DNA of 64,000 nt from Scyliorhinus canicula (Eukaryota), in NCBI RefSeq assembly GCF_902713615.1, contig NW_024056010.1, positions 124,001-188,000 on the forward strand, written 5' to 3'. How positions within the stretch are numbered: position 1 is the stretch's first letter; each line of letters opens with the position of its first letter. The position numbers and the translations under genes are program-made. This document shows positions 34,447-45,369 of the stretch, in pieces. A model generated the notes under the pieces. The model had not been told where the DNA came from. It made no database searches and was given only the letters and a program-made list of their open reading frames with translations.

Positions 34447-35568
34447 TTACTTGTGGCCACATTGGTGTCTCAGTAGGTGGGATGAAGTGGTGAATCCCTT
34501 CCCACACTCGGAGCAGGGGAATGGCCTCTCCCCAGTGTGAATTCGCTGATGTACAGTGAGTTGAGATGATCGCACAAACCCAGTCCCACAGTGAGAGCAC
34601 CTGAATGGTTTCTCCTCAGTGTGAACACGTTGGTGACGGGTCAGTTCCCCAGAGCTTTTAAAGCACTTTCCACAGTCTGGACATTTGAAAGGTCTCTTGT
34701 CAGTGTGAACTCGCTGGTGTGCAGCGAGTTGAGATGTTCGCCTGAACCCAGTCCCACAGTGAGAGCACCTGAACGGTCTCTCGTCAGTGTGAACACGTTG
34801 ATGGAGCATCAGTTTCTCAGAACTTTTGTAGCCTTTCTCACAGTCTGGACATTTAAAAGTTTTCTTGTTTGTGTGAACTCGCTGGTGTGCCAGCAAGATG
34901 GATGATGTAGTAAATCCCTTCCCACATTTGGAGCAGGTAAATGCCCTCTCCCCAGTGTGAATTCGCTAGTGCTTCTGCAGGTCGGATGACTGAGTGAATC
35001 CTTTCCCACACTTGGCGCAGGCGAATGGCCTCTCCCCAGTGTGAATTCGCTGATGTACAGTGAGGTCAGAGGATCGCCTGAACCCAGTTCCGCAGCGAGA
35101 GCACCTGAACGGTCTCTCGTCAGTGTGAACACGTTGATGGCGCATCAGTTCCCCAGAACTTTTATAGCACTTCCCACAGTCTGGACATTGAAACGGTCTC
35201 TCATCTGTGTGAACTCGCTGGTGACTCAGCAAGTGGGCTGAAATAGTAAATCCCTTCCCACACTCTGAGCAGGTGAATGGTCTCTCCCCAGTGTGAACTC
35301 GCTGGTGTGTGGACAGTGAGGATGACTGAGTGAATCCCTTCCCACATTTGGAGCAGGTGAACGGTCTCTCCCCAGTGTGACTGCGTCGATGAGTTTCCAG
35401 CTTGGATGGGGAAGTGAATCCTTTGCCGCAGTCCGCACATTTCCACGGTTTCTCCTCTGTGTGACTGCATTTGTGGGTTGTGAGGGCTGATGATCGAGCG
35501 AATCCTCGTCCACACACACAACACGTGTATGGTTTCTCCCCACTGTGAACAATGCTTTTAGCTTCCAT
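34447..35568 (-). pseudogene. C2H2 zinc-finger gene E, 13 fingers, one in-frame TAG in finger 7
   Basis: ATG 35568; TAG at 34966-34968; ORF 34447-34896 continues in the same frame; exon starts 35675; could be a truncated functional gene. Confidence 0.8.
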
Positions 35569-35958
35569 GTTCAAAATCCCATGATATTCAGGATATGATA
35601 AATTAAGTACTCTGTCAGATCCTGATGTGATGCTTGGTTTGAGTTTCTGGACTTTGAAGCTTCCCTTCGCACACCCTGTGAAACTGATTTAAAACAGAAA
35701 ATAAGGAGTGAGAGAGAACCCACAAAAACAGGTTGCAAAATTGAGCTGAATGAATCTGGTCATTTGTGGAGCCGAAACAAGGGATAAGGGCCATGAAAAC
35801 TGCTGGATTGTCATAAAAACCCAACTGGCCTCTTTGGGAGGAGAAAGGGGTAAAGAGGGATTTTGTATATCTACAAGACATATTACGAGAGTAGTTGGCA
35901 AAGCAAATGCGATCTTGAGCTTCATAAACAGTAATATTGAGACTGAAACTATGCTTCT

Positions 35959-36160
35959 GGTGGCACAGTGGTTAGCACTGCTGCCTCACAGTGCCAGGGA
36001 CCTGGGTTCAATTCCGGCCTTGGTGACTGTCTGTGTGGAGTTTGCACTTTCTCCGTGTGTCTGCGTGGGTTTCCACCCGGTGCTCAGATTTCCTCCAACA
36101 GTCCAAGAACAAGTTAAGTGAATTGGCCTTTATAAATTGTCTCTTAATTGGGAAAAGAAA
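35959..36160 (+). mobile_element. V-SINE at the site paralogous to 4932-5280, but with an A-rich tail
   Basis: Flank gtttcagtctc/atgcttct and SINE body match the left-arm copy. Confidence 0.8.
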
Positions 36161-36256
36161 AGAATTGGCAACTCAGTATTTAAAGGGAAAAAAATGGAAA
36201 ATAAAATAGGTAATCAAAATTTTTTTTTTGAAAATTAGATGAACCATAATCTCATT

Positions 36257-37422
36257 GAATAGTGGAGCAGGCCTGAGGGGCTGAGTGGCCGACTCCTAGT
36301 TTGTATGTAAGGAGCAGGCTCGAGGGGCCGACTCCTAGTCTGTGTGTAAGGAGCAGGCTCGAGGGGCCGACTCCTAGTTTGTCTGTAAGGAGCAGGCTTG
36401 AGGGGCCGACTCCTAGTTTGTGTGTAAGGAGCAGGCTCGAGGGGCCGGCTCCTAGTTTGTCTGTAAGGAGCAGGCTTGAGGGGCCGACTCCTAGTTTGTG
36501 TGTAAGGAGGAGGCTCGAGGGGTTGGCTCCTAGTTTGTGTGTAAGGAGCAGGCTCGAGGGGCCGACTCCTAGTTTGTGTGTAAGGAGCAGGCTCGAGGGA
36601 CCAACTCCTAGTGTGTGTAAGGAGGAGGCTCGAGGGACCGACTCCTAGTTTGTGTGTAAGGGGCAGGCTCGAGGGGCCGACTCCTAGTTTGTGTGTAAGG
36701 AGCAGGCTCGAGGGACCGACTCCTAGTTTGTATGTAAGGAGCAGGCTCGAGGGGCCGACTCCTAGTTTGTATGTAAGGAGCAGGCTCGAGGGGCCGACTC
36801 CTAGTTTGTGTGTAAGGAGCAGGCTCGAGGGACCGACTCCTAGTTTGTATGTAAGGAGCAGGGTCGAGGGACCGACTCCTAGTTTGTATGTAAGGAGCAG
36901 GCTCGAGGGGCCAACTCCTAGTTTGTATGTAAGGAGCAGGCTCGAGGGGCCGACTCCTAGTTTGTGTGTAAGGAGCAGGCTCGAGGGACCGACTCCTAGT
37001 TTGTGTGTAAGGAGCAGGCTCGAGGGTCCGACTCCTAGTTTGTGTGTAAGGAGCAGGCTCGAGGGACCGACTCCTAGTTTGTATGAAAGGAGCAGGCTCG
37101 AGGGGCCGACTCCTAGTTTGTATGTAAGGAGCAGGCTCGAGGGGCCGACTCCTAGTATGTATGAAAGGAGCAGGGTCGAGGGACCGACTCCTAGTTTGTA
37201 TGTAAGGAGCAGGCTCGAGGGGCCGACTCCTAGTTTGTATGTAAGGAGCAGGCTCGAGGGGCCGACTCCTAGTATGTATGAAAGGAGCAGGGTCGAGGGG
37301 CCGACTCCTAGTTTGTGTGTAAGGAGCAGGCTCGAGGTGCCGACTCCTAGTTTGTATGAAAGGAGCAGGCACAAGGGGCCGACTCCTAGTTTGTGTGTAA
37401 GGAGCAGGCTCGAGGGGCTGAC
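36257..37422. repeat. 39-bp minisatellite, about 30 units
   Basis: Unit ggagcaggctcgaggggccgactcctagtttgtgtgtaa. Confidence 0.97.
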
Positions 37423-37704
37423 TATTTTTTTCAGTGTCGGAAAAATCGCTTTTATTGTCCGTATCATTTTCCAGAGACGCAAAAATCTTTTTTACTGTCC
37501 TAATGATTTTCCAGACAGCCAGGTATGAATCTCACAAAGGCAGAAGGTAACATTTGAATTCATTGAAAGTTTACTTGTGACCATGAAACCATTGTTGGTT
37601 GTTGCAAAGACCCATCTGGTTCACTCCTGTCCTTCAGTAAAGGAAATCTTCTATCCTTACCTGGTCTGGCCTACATGTGACTCCAGATCCACAGTCAGTT
37701 TTAT

Positions 37705-38025
37705 CATAGAATTTACAGTGCAGAAGGAGGCCATTTGGCCCATCGACTCTACACCGGCTCTTGGAAAGAGCACCCTACCCAAGGTCAACACCTCCCCCTA
37801 TCCCAATAATCCAGTAACCCCACCCACACTAAAGGCAATTTTGAACACTAAGGGCAATTTATCACGGCCAATCCACCTAACCTGCACATCTTTGGACTGT
37901 GGGAGGAAACCGGAGCACACACGGGGAGGATGTGCAGACTCCGCACAGTGACCCAAGACGGAATCGAACCTGGGATCCTGGAGCTGTGAAGCCATTGTGC
38001 TATCCACAATGCTACCGTGTTGCCC
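37705..38025 (-). mobile_element. V-SINE
   Basis: Same subtype as 1081-1424. Confidence 0.85.
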
Positions 38026-38339
38026 AAGGGTTGACCCGTAAAATGCTCTCGGAGATGCACTCAGTTGAAGGGCAATTAGGGCTGGGCAGTGAATGCTGGC
38101 CCAGCCAGCGACACCCACATCCCGGGAATGAATAGTAAAGAAAATCTGCCATCCTTACCTGGTCTGGCCAACACGGTTCCAAACCACAGCAATGTGGTTG
38201 ATTCTGTAAATGCCCTCCGAGATGGCCGAGCCAGCCACTCGGTTTGAGGGAAATTAGAGATGGGCAATAAATGTTGGCCCAGCCAGTGACTCCCACAAAT
38301 GAATAAAATAAAATCCTGGAGATTCCAGTCAGTCAATCC

Positions 38340-38700
38340 GGGAGAGTTGGTATCCGGGCCAGGCTCGCAGCGCATGCGCCCTGCGGCCCCTTGTCCTCTG
38401 TAAAGATGGCGGCCGGTAACCCGGGCCTGTCACCGCTCAGCTCTCACTCTGTTCGATGCTGTTTAAGACGGGACCGTTAACATTTTCCTTGGGATTTGAA
38501 GCCTCCACGGGGTATTTATGAAGCCTCTCGGCTCACTCCGCAGCTTCTATTGCTCCCCGGCCACCCACCGGCTCCAATCCTGAAAGTCGCTCAATTGCTT
38601 CTTTCCCGCTCCTCGCACCATCAGCGACAACCTGAACTGCACATGCGCCGGACACAGCCGGACTCTGCGCATGTGTGAGCAACTTCTGTAATGTGGATGG
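38340..38700. promoter_or_regulatory. CpG segment, probable promoter/exon 1 of ZNF E
   Basis: Reverse complement of 4300-4640; AAGATGGCGGC and GCGCATGCGC. Confidence 0.55.
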
Positions 38701-40019
38701 AGCACATTCACAGCCGCAACGCACGATGGGTAATAACCCTGTCACTGAAATCGATATTCCTGATCGAAATTATGCTTTGCGATCCGATTCCGATTGGTAC
38801 CATTGTGCCAAGGTAACAAATGTATTAAATAAATTAATAAGGAACTTAAATAGTCTGGGCCCATCCACCACAGTTCTGTCCTGGGTGTGATTGACAACAG
38901 ACCAAACACGGACAGTGAGTTGTTAACGGGTTGGGGTCTGAGCAGGTTCAGGTGAACAGTGATTTTTGTCTTCTTGGACAAAAGTTAAACTACCCCTCGC
39001 CAATAACAATGTGCTGAAATTGGATCAAATGGTTTGTGCTTTTAAATTTGGAGTGTTGACCAGTGGAAAACTGAGGAAATACCTTTGCACATGTGAAGTG
39101 TGTGAGTGATCTCCCTCTAAACTGCTCCTGAACTGCACATTAGATTAATTAATGACTATTTATTCTTATCCAGTGAAAACATCTTCCACTTGTCTATCAT
39201 ATCAAACCTTTTCATAATCTTACATGATCAGGTCATCCTTCATTCCCTTTTCCAGAGAAAGGTTTACACCCTGCCAAATCTTTCTTGCTGGGTCTAACCT
39301 GCTAATTCAGACATAATTCAAATATATTTTCCTGCATCTTCTCCAGTACTTCTAGATCCATTTTACAATATGGAGACTTTAACTAATCTGAACAGTAAAC
39401 TCACCGTTGTCCCCAAATGCCTGTATGTTGCAGTCTTTTAGTCATTTTTCTGTTCGCTGAATGTAAGATGGGACAGAATAAGATCCAACGAGCCAGTCTG
39501 TAACACTGTAGAACATCTACAAACCTGCCTCTTCCCCCTTACTGCTAACAGTTGACTTTTTCACTCTTAACCTGTCAGCTATGTCATTGAGACTAATGTG
39601 TCAGAGAAAGACTGGATTTCAGCTTGGTGACACCAGGCCAGACTAAATTTTAGTTCAGAGGATTGTTGAGCTAATTTCTCCATATCATAAGATGCCACTG
39701 ACGGTTCCTGAACTGTCAAACCAACGGAAGGAATTTATATTTACCCCCTGTTCATCTGAAAAGTGTTGATTCTGCTGTTACTGTCACTGTTAATCACACC
39801 CAGAACTGAATCATCTTCATTCTGACAATTGGGGTTTATTTCGATTCCCTGTAACTGAGCTGGGCTAGTGTTTAATATCTTGTTGATTGTGAAATAAATC
39901 AGCTTTGTCTCAAACACACTATGTCAAGTCCTTGATTTCTCTAGCGGGAAAGGAAATTAATTGATGCCACGTGTCACCAGGCCATGCCCGTCAGTCTTTT
40001 TAAGACAGAGATATATTGG

Positions 40020-40415
40020 TTCTTGATTAATAAGGGGCTCAGATGTTATGGGGAGAAGGCAGGAGAATGGGGATGAGAATCATATCAGCCATGATCGAAT
40101 GGCAGAGCAAACCCGATGGGCTGAATGGCCTAATTATGCTTCTCTATCTTTTTTTTAATGAAATGATCTCATAGAAACATATAAAAATCCAACAGGGGTG
40201 GACAGAGTAGATTCATAAAGAGTCCAGAACTAGACGGGTCATAGTTTGAGGATATGGGGTAAAACTTTTAAGACTGAGGTGAGGAGAGATTTTTTTCACC
40301 CAGAGAGTGATGAGCCTGTGGAATTCATTACCACAGAAAGTCGTTGAGGACAAAACATTGTGCAATTTGAAGGAGTTCGATACAGCTCTTGGGCCGAAAG
40401 GGATTAAAGGATATG
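40020..40415 (+). mobile_element. CR1 3'-region fragments
   Basis: CR1 tail at 40040-40150; FFTQRVMSLWNSLPQKVVE at 40290-40350. Confidence 0.75.
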
Positions 40416-40759
40416 TGCAGCTCTGTGGTGCACTGGACAGTGTGTTGTACTTCTACTTAATGGCAAGTCAGGGATTCAAATGTTGTGGGTTCAAATCCCA
40501 CCAGAGTCGACTGGTAGCGTGGCACGTTGGTTAGCACTGCTGTCTCACAGTGCCAGGGACTCAGGTTCAATTTCGACCTTGGGTGGCTGTCGTGGACCTT
40601 CTCCCCATGTCTGCGTGGGTTTCCGCCGAGTGCTCCGGTTTCCTTCCACAGTCAGGGTATTGAATCGACGATCAGCCATGATGATAATGAATGGCGGAGC
40701 TGGCGTGAAGGACCAAATGGCCTCCTCCTACTCTATTTTCTATGTAAGTCACATGTCGG

Positions 40760-40975
40760 CCAGACCGGGGAAGGAGGGCAGATTTCCTTCTCTAAAGGAC
40801 ATTAGTGAACCAGATGGGTTTTTACAATAATTGACAATGTTTTCATGGTCACCATTAGATTTTTATTTAATTGAAATGACACCATCTGCCATTGTGGGAT
40901 TCGTACCCCAGTTCCCAGAGAATTACTCAGGGCCTGGATTACTAGTCATGTGATATTACCACTATGCCATCACCT
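40760..40975 (-). mobile_element. tRNA-derived SINE, DeuSINE/SacSINE1-like
   Basis: tRNA-like head at about 40970; central gatgggtttttacaa...ttttcatggtcaccatt; related pieces at 19630-19790, 5420-5510, 35740-35830 and 37580-37690. Confidence 0.5.
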
Positions 40976-41303
40976 CACCAAGTGATGCAGTGTCTATTAC
41001 ACATTTTTAATCCAGTAATATATACCTGTACATGGCTAGCAGTCTATATGATCCTTTTCAGGTCCCTTTGTCCTGTACAGGAATTAGTGATTATGGACCT
41101 GGTCATCAGCATGAATTGTCATTCAGAAGAATTGGGATGGTGTGTATTCGGCACAGCAGCGAGAATGGAGGGAGTGTGTGTGAGATGGAGATATACAGGT
41201 TTTGGGGATGCGAGAGGAAGGATATTCCATAGAAACGAGCACTATGTGTTGTGAATATCTATCCTGTCCTGACAGTGATGAATTTTGTAAACTCCCTTTA
41301 CAG

Positions 41304-41545
41304 GACATTAGAAGATTTGTATTCGGGATATTCAAACTAAATATTGCATCAAAATCGGAGAGATCAGTTGATTCATCAGGACCTGAATATCATCCTTTGA
41401 ATGTGGAAGGAGAAATGTTTCTCTGTTCTGTCTGTGAGAAAAGATTTAAAACATCAGTGTGACTGGAAAAGCACCGAGACCCACACAACACACAGCCGAG
41501 TGAGAGTGGAGTGAGAGTGAATTGACTGTGGAAAGAGCTTTCACC
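41304..41545 (+). pseudogene. ZNF exon remnant G, truncated by a SINE
   Basis: Acceptor ending 41303; ...EGEMFLCSVCEKRFKTSV*. Confidence 0.7.
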
Positions 41546-41804
41546 AATTACAGTGCAGAAGGAGGCCATTTTGCCCATCGAGTCTGCACCAGCCCTGGGA
41601 AAGAGCACCCTCCCCAAGCCCACACCTTCACCCTATCCTCGTAACCCCACCCAACCTTTTTGGACACGAAGGGAAATTTAGCATCACCTAACCTCATTTG
41701 AGAGTGATGTTGCCTCAGGATTGTGAGTTTCTGCCCTGCTGAACAGAGACGCAGAACTTTGGACACATGGGCCTGGAGTGAAATCTAGAGAGCAGGATTG
41801 GCTT

Positions 41805-42150
41805 CATAGAACATAGAACAGTACAGCACAGAACAGGCCCTTCGGCCCTCAATGTTGTGCCGAGCCATGATCACCCTACTCAAACCCACGTATCCACCCT
41901 ATACCCGTAACCCAACAACCCCCCCCTTAACCTTACTTTTATTAGGACACTACGGGCAATTTAGCATGGCCAATCCACCTAACCCGCACATCTTTGGACT
42001 GTGGGAGGAAACCGGAGCACCCGGAGGATACCCACGCACACAGGGGGAGGACGTGCAGACTCCACACAGACAGTGACCCAGCCGGGAATCGAACCTGGGA
42101 CCCTGGAGCTGTGAAGCATTTATGCTAACCACCATGCTACCCTGCTACCC
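41805..42150 (-). mobile_element. Full-length young V-SINE
   Basis: Same subfamily as the 12841 copy. Confidence 0.92.
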
Positions 42151-42289
42151 TTCTTCCTTTTCTTTCCATCTCTGTCACTGCTTTGCATCATCAATAAGAC
42201 ATTGGGACTCAAAGACTAATCCAGTTTGATGGACAAGTTATCTCCATTCTGAACAATGGGGAACAAACTCCTCCCACTCATTGAAACTC

Positions 42290-42730
42290 CGCCCCGACAA
42301 AGATGAGAAACGCGCATGCGCCCTAATTCACATCCAATAAAAATGGCGGCCGTTAACCCGAGCCGAAGATGAGGAGCTGCAGCCCCGCTCGGTACAAACT
42401 GGGTCTCGTAAACATTTCCGAGGTTTGCGATTGCAACAACTTTACACAACGTTTCCGCCCGCACCCGCGATCTCTCGCTCCCTCCGTATTGTTAAACGTC
42501 TCTTACCAATTTCCGATCTGAAAAAGACGTCCATCTGCATCGCCATTACCCACACTGCGCATGCTTCAAACACAGCGGGCCCCGCCCCTCATTCACTCCG
42601 ATTGGTTGGAGGACTAGCTGCTTCCGGTCCGTTCTCCAGTGTCCCTCCTCTTCCTATTGGTCCCGTGCTGCCGTCAATCACCCGGGCATTGTGAGGCAGT
42701 TTTCTGGCTGACGCGCTGATTGACTCAATA
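42290..42730. promoter_or_regulatory. CpG promoter, inverted paralog of 2257-2700
   Basis: GCGCATGCGC, AAAATGGCGGC, CCAAT, GC box and GCCGTCAATCA. Confidence 0.65.
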
Positions 42731-42744
42731 ATCATAGAGGTAGG

Positions 42745-43100
42745 TAGAATCATAGAATTTACAGTGCAGAAGGAGTCCATTCGGCCCATTGAGTCTGCAC
42801 CGGTTCTTGGAAAGGGCACCCTATTTAAGGCCACACCTCCAACCTATCACTGTAACCCAGCAACCCCATCTAACATAAGGGCAATTTAGCATGGCTAATC
42901 CACCTAACCTGTGCATCTTTTGACTGTGGGAGGAAACCGGAGCACCTGGAGCAAACCCACGCAGACATGGGGAGAACTGTCAGACTCCGCACACCTGAAG
43001 AAGGAGCCGTGCTCCGAAAGCTCGTGTTTGAAACAAACCTGTTGGACTTTAACCTGGTGTTGTAAGACTTCTTACTGAGACTCCGCACAGGCAGTGACAC
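42745..43100 (-). mobile_element. V-SINE hosting the 84-bp element
   Basis: V domain continues on both sides of the insertion. Confidence 0.8.
42994..43077 (+). mobile_element. 84-bp Penelope-like terminal element with a hammerhead-like motif
   Basis: 12-bp TSD AGACTCCGCACA at 42982-42993 and 43078-43089; CTGAAGA-A-GGAGC-CGT-GCTCC-GAAA core. Confidence 0.75.
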
Positions 43101-43255
43101 TTTTGTTGGGTTCTAGCTAATTTTGGTCCTTTATTTTGACTGGACCACATGCTTGGGGAAAGCAAGAGACGAAAGAAGGTTTGATAGAAACTAGAATGAT
43201 CTGTTGTGAATTACTATCCTTTTATAGTGATCATTTTTGTAAACTTATTTTTTAG

Positions 43256-43505
43256 GCATTAGAACGGGAGGATTGGCAGCTGGGCAACTGGAACCAAATA
43301 TAACATGAAGATCTGACAGTCACTCAATTCATTAGCATCTAAATATCACAAACTGTCAATGTGCTTGTCTGTTCTGACTGTGGGAAGAGATTTCAAACAT
43401 CAGTGAGACTGGAAAAGCCCCGAGACCCACACACACCCCAGTGAGAGTGTTCCAGTGAACTGACTGTGGAAAGAGCTTTAACCAGTTACACAGCCTGAAA
43501 AATCA
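43256..43505 (+). pseudogene. ZNF exon remnant H
   Basis: Acceptor ending 43255; decayed CGKRFQTSV / [12 protein letters not shown] fingers; followed by a CR1 fragment at about 43510-43630. Confidence 0.7.
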
Positions 43506-43875
43506 TCTTGTTTCCTCTTGTGGGAGAGTCTAGGACCAGAGGGCATCATCTCAGAGGAAGGGGTCTCAAATTTAGGACAGAGGTGAGGAGACATTTCTTC
43601 CATCAGAGGGTAGTGAATCTGGAATTCTTCAGCTGGCATTATATCTCTGGGGTTTTACCATAAAAAGACAAAGGTGAAGGTGTCTTAACCCGGATGGGCC
43701 GCTTGGTGGCGCAGTGGCTCTTTCACTGATGGGCCTTGAGTTCAGACACATCCCAGACAGGACTGGTGAGAAATATCTGTCTGGGAAAGGGGAGCAAACT
43801 GTATAACCGGGGAAGTGGAGCGGTGCCGATGGATCTTAGAGAAAGGAGTTCAGATTAGTCTTATTTTCTTCATTT

Positions 43876-43927
43876 TTTATTCAATATTTATTAAAATGTC
43901 AGCGAAAATATTACACAAAAGTTTATT
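43876..43927 (-). terminator. Candidate poly(A) signals of the membrane IgM transcript
   Basis: AATAAA on the minus strand at 43922-43927, 43887-43892 and 43876-43881. Confidence 0.55.
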
Positions 43928-44330
43928 TTGATGTTTACAAAAGGGAACATAACGATTGAGGGTCACAGTAAGAACAGAACACATGCCCTCTGAGCTGCCA
44001 AATGTATGTACAACTGTAACAGACACAAGAGAGAAAAGGAGCTCAACATAAAGGGAAGGCAACTGTTGTGAATAAGGTACGAGATAAGTTACTTATTTAT
44101 ACATAACATTGAGGGAAATTATTAGCTACAATTACATTACAGCCAAAATTATCTCGTACATTTTAAACTGAAAAGCAGAAATACTGTCCATGATTGTCTC
44201 AGTTACAGATGCAGAATAATAAACTGAGATATTTTTACTGTTAGTCACCAAGAGGAGATATTGTATTTGTGTCACACATAGATCATAATAAACAGCTGAG
44301 GGAAATCTACAGCATCCGAACGTCAACCCA

Positions 44331-44339
44331 TCACTTGAT
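44331..44339 (-). CDS. IGHM: IgM TM2 exon (I-K-stop)
   Basis: ctcttttacag|ATC AAG TGA, 141 bp after the TM1 donor. Confidence 0.85.
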   Translation of the reverse strand: MK

Positions 44340-44480
44340 CTGTAAAAGAGAGAGAAAATGATGAAGCAGATGTTTATGATCTGGAACATTTATGTTAGAG
44401 TTTTTAATCAATCAAACATTTAGAGATTTTTTTAAACGGCTTCATTCAGTTTGAAGTGTGAGTGGATTGAATCTTCTCAC

Positions 44481-44608
44481 CTTCACCAGAGTGACTGCAG
44501 CGCTGTAGGAAATGCTCAGGAAGAACAGGGTGATGAATGTGGAAGCGGTTGTCCAGATGTTCCCGTTATCATCCTCATTGTCTTCAGTCCAGGTGTGGTC
44601 TGTGGTAT
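44481..44608 (-). CDS. IGHM: IgM TM1 exon
   Basis: tcctcgtag| (D)TTDHTWTEDNEDDNGNIWTTASTFITLFFLSISYSAAVTLVK |gtgag; conserved antigen-receptor TM motif. Confidence 0.95.
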
Positions 44609-44784
44609 CTACGAGGATAGAGCCGAATAAATATTATCAGATTGTTTGTTAATCCAGGATTTATTTTCAGTATTCTCGTTTCATTTTCTCCCGCTGCTAA
44701 TTAATTCTTTAATATATTTTCAGTAACTTCATACTGTTGAGTTCATGACACTCATAAATCGATCTCTGTAACTTTTTTCTTCCA

Positions 44785-44950
44785 ATCAAGGGGCAAGTTA
44801 GCATGGCCAATCCACCTACCCTGCATATCTTTGGGTTGTGGGGGTGAAACCCACGGGTCACGTGGAAACTCCACAGGGACACAGACCCAGGAGCGGGATC
44901 AACCCCAGGTCCATGGTGGCGTGAGGCAGCAGCGCGTCACCGTGCCGCCC
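44785..44950 (-). mobile_element. Short V-SINE (A-tailed type)
   Basis: V-domain core and head. Confidence 0.65.
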
Positions 44951-45369
44951 TTGCCTGACGTTTGTGTTTGTTCTTTATCTTTTGTGTCTGTGTAGATGCG
45001 AAATCCGTGTTGCTTTACTCTTTTGTGTGTCCCGATGTCTTTATAAATGTCATTGTGTCTGTTCATGTGTCAACGAGTATTGATCTGTGTATTTGTGTGT
45101 CAGCGCCTGAATGTGAACTTTGTTTATCTTCTGTCAATGTGTATATATGAGTGTTTGATTGTGCGTGTTTGTGTGTTGAAGTCTATGTTTATATATTAAT
45201 GCCTGTGCTAATATATGTTTATACGTCCCTGCCCAGTAATAAAAATGTTAATGTGTCTTTATGCGTTCAACATGCATGTCAGTGTCTTAATGTTTGTGTC
45301 TGCATAAGTGTGTTTGTGTGTGTGTGTGTGTTTGTTGATGCGTGTATTTCATCACAGAATCATCATCGT

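Noticed and set aside
36235-37528. 254-415 aa repetitive ORFs and a CRISPR-like appearance
   Set aside because: Contiguous 39-bp units with no unique spacers, derived from a CR1 tail, in a eukaryotic context with no cas genes.
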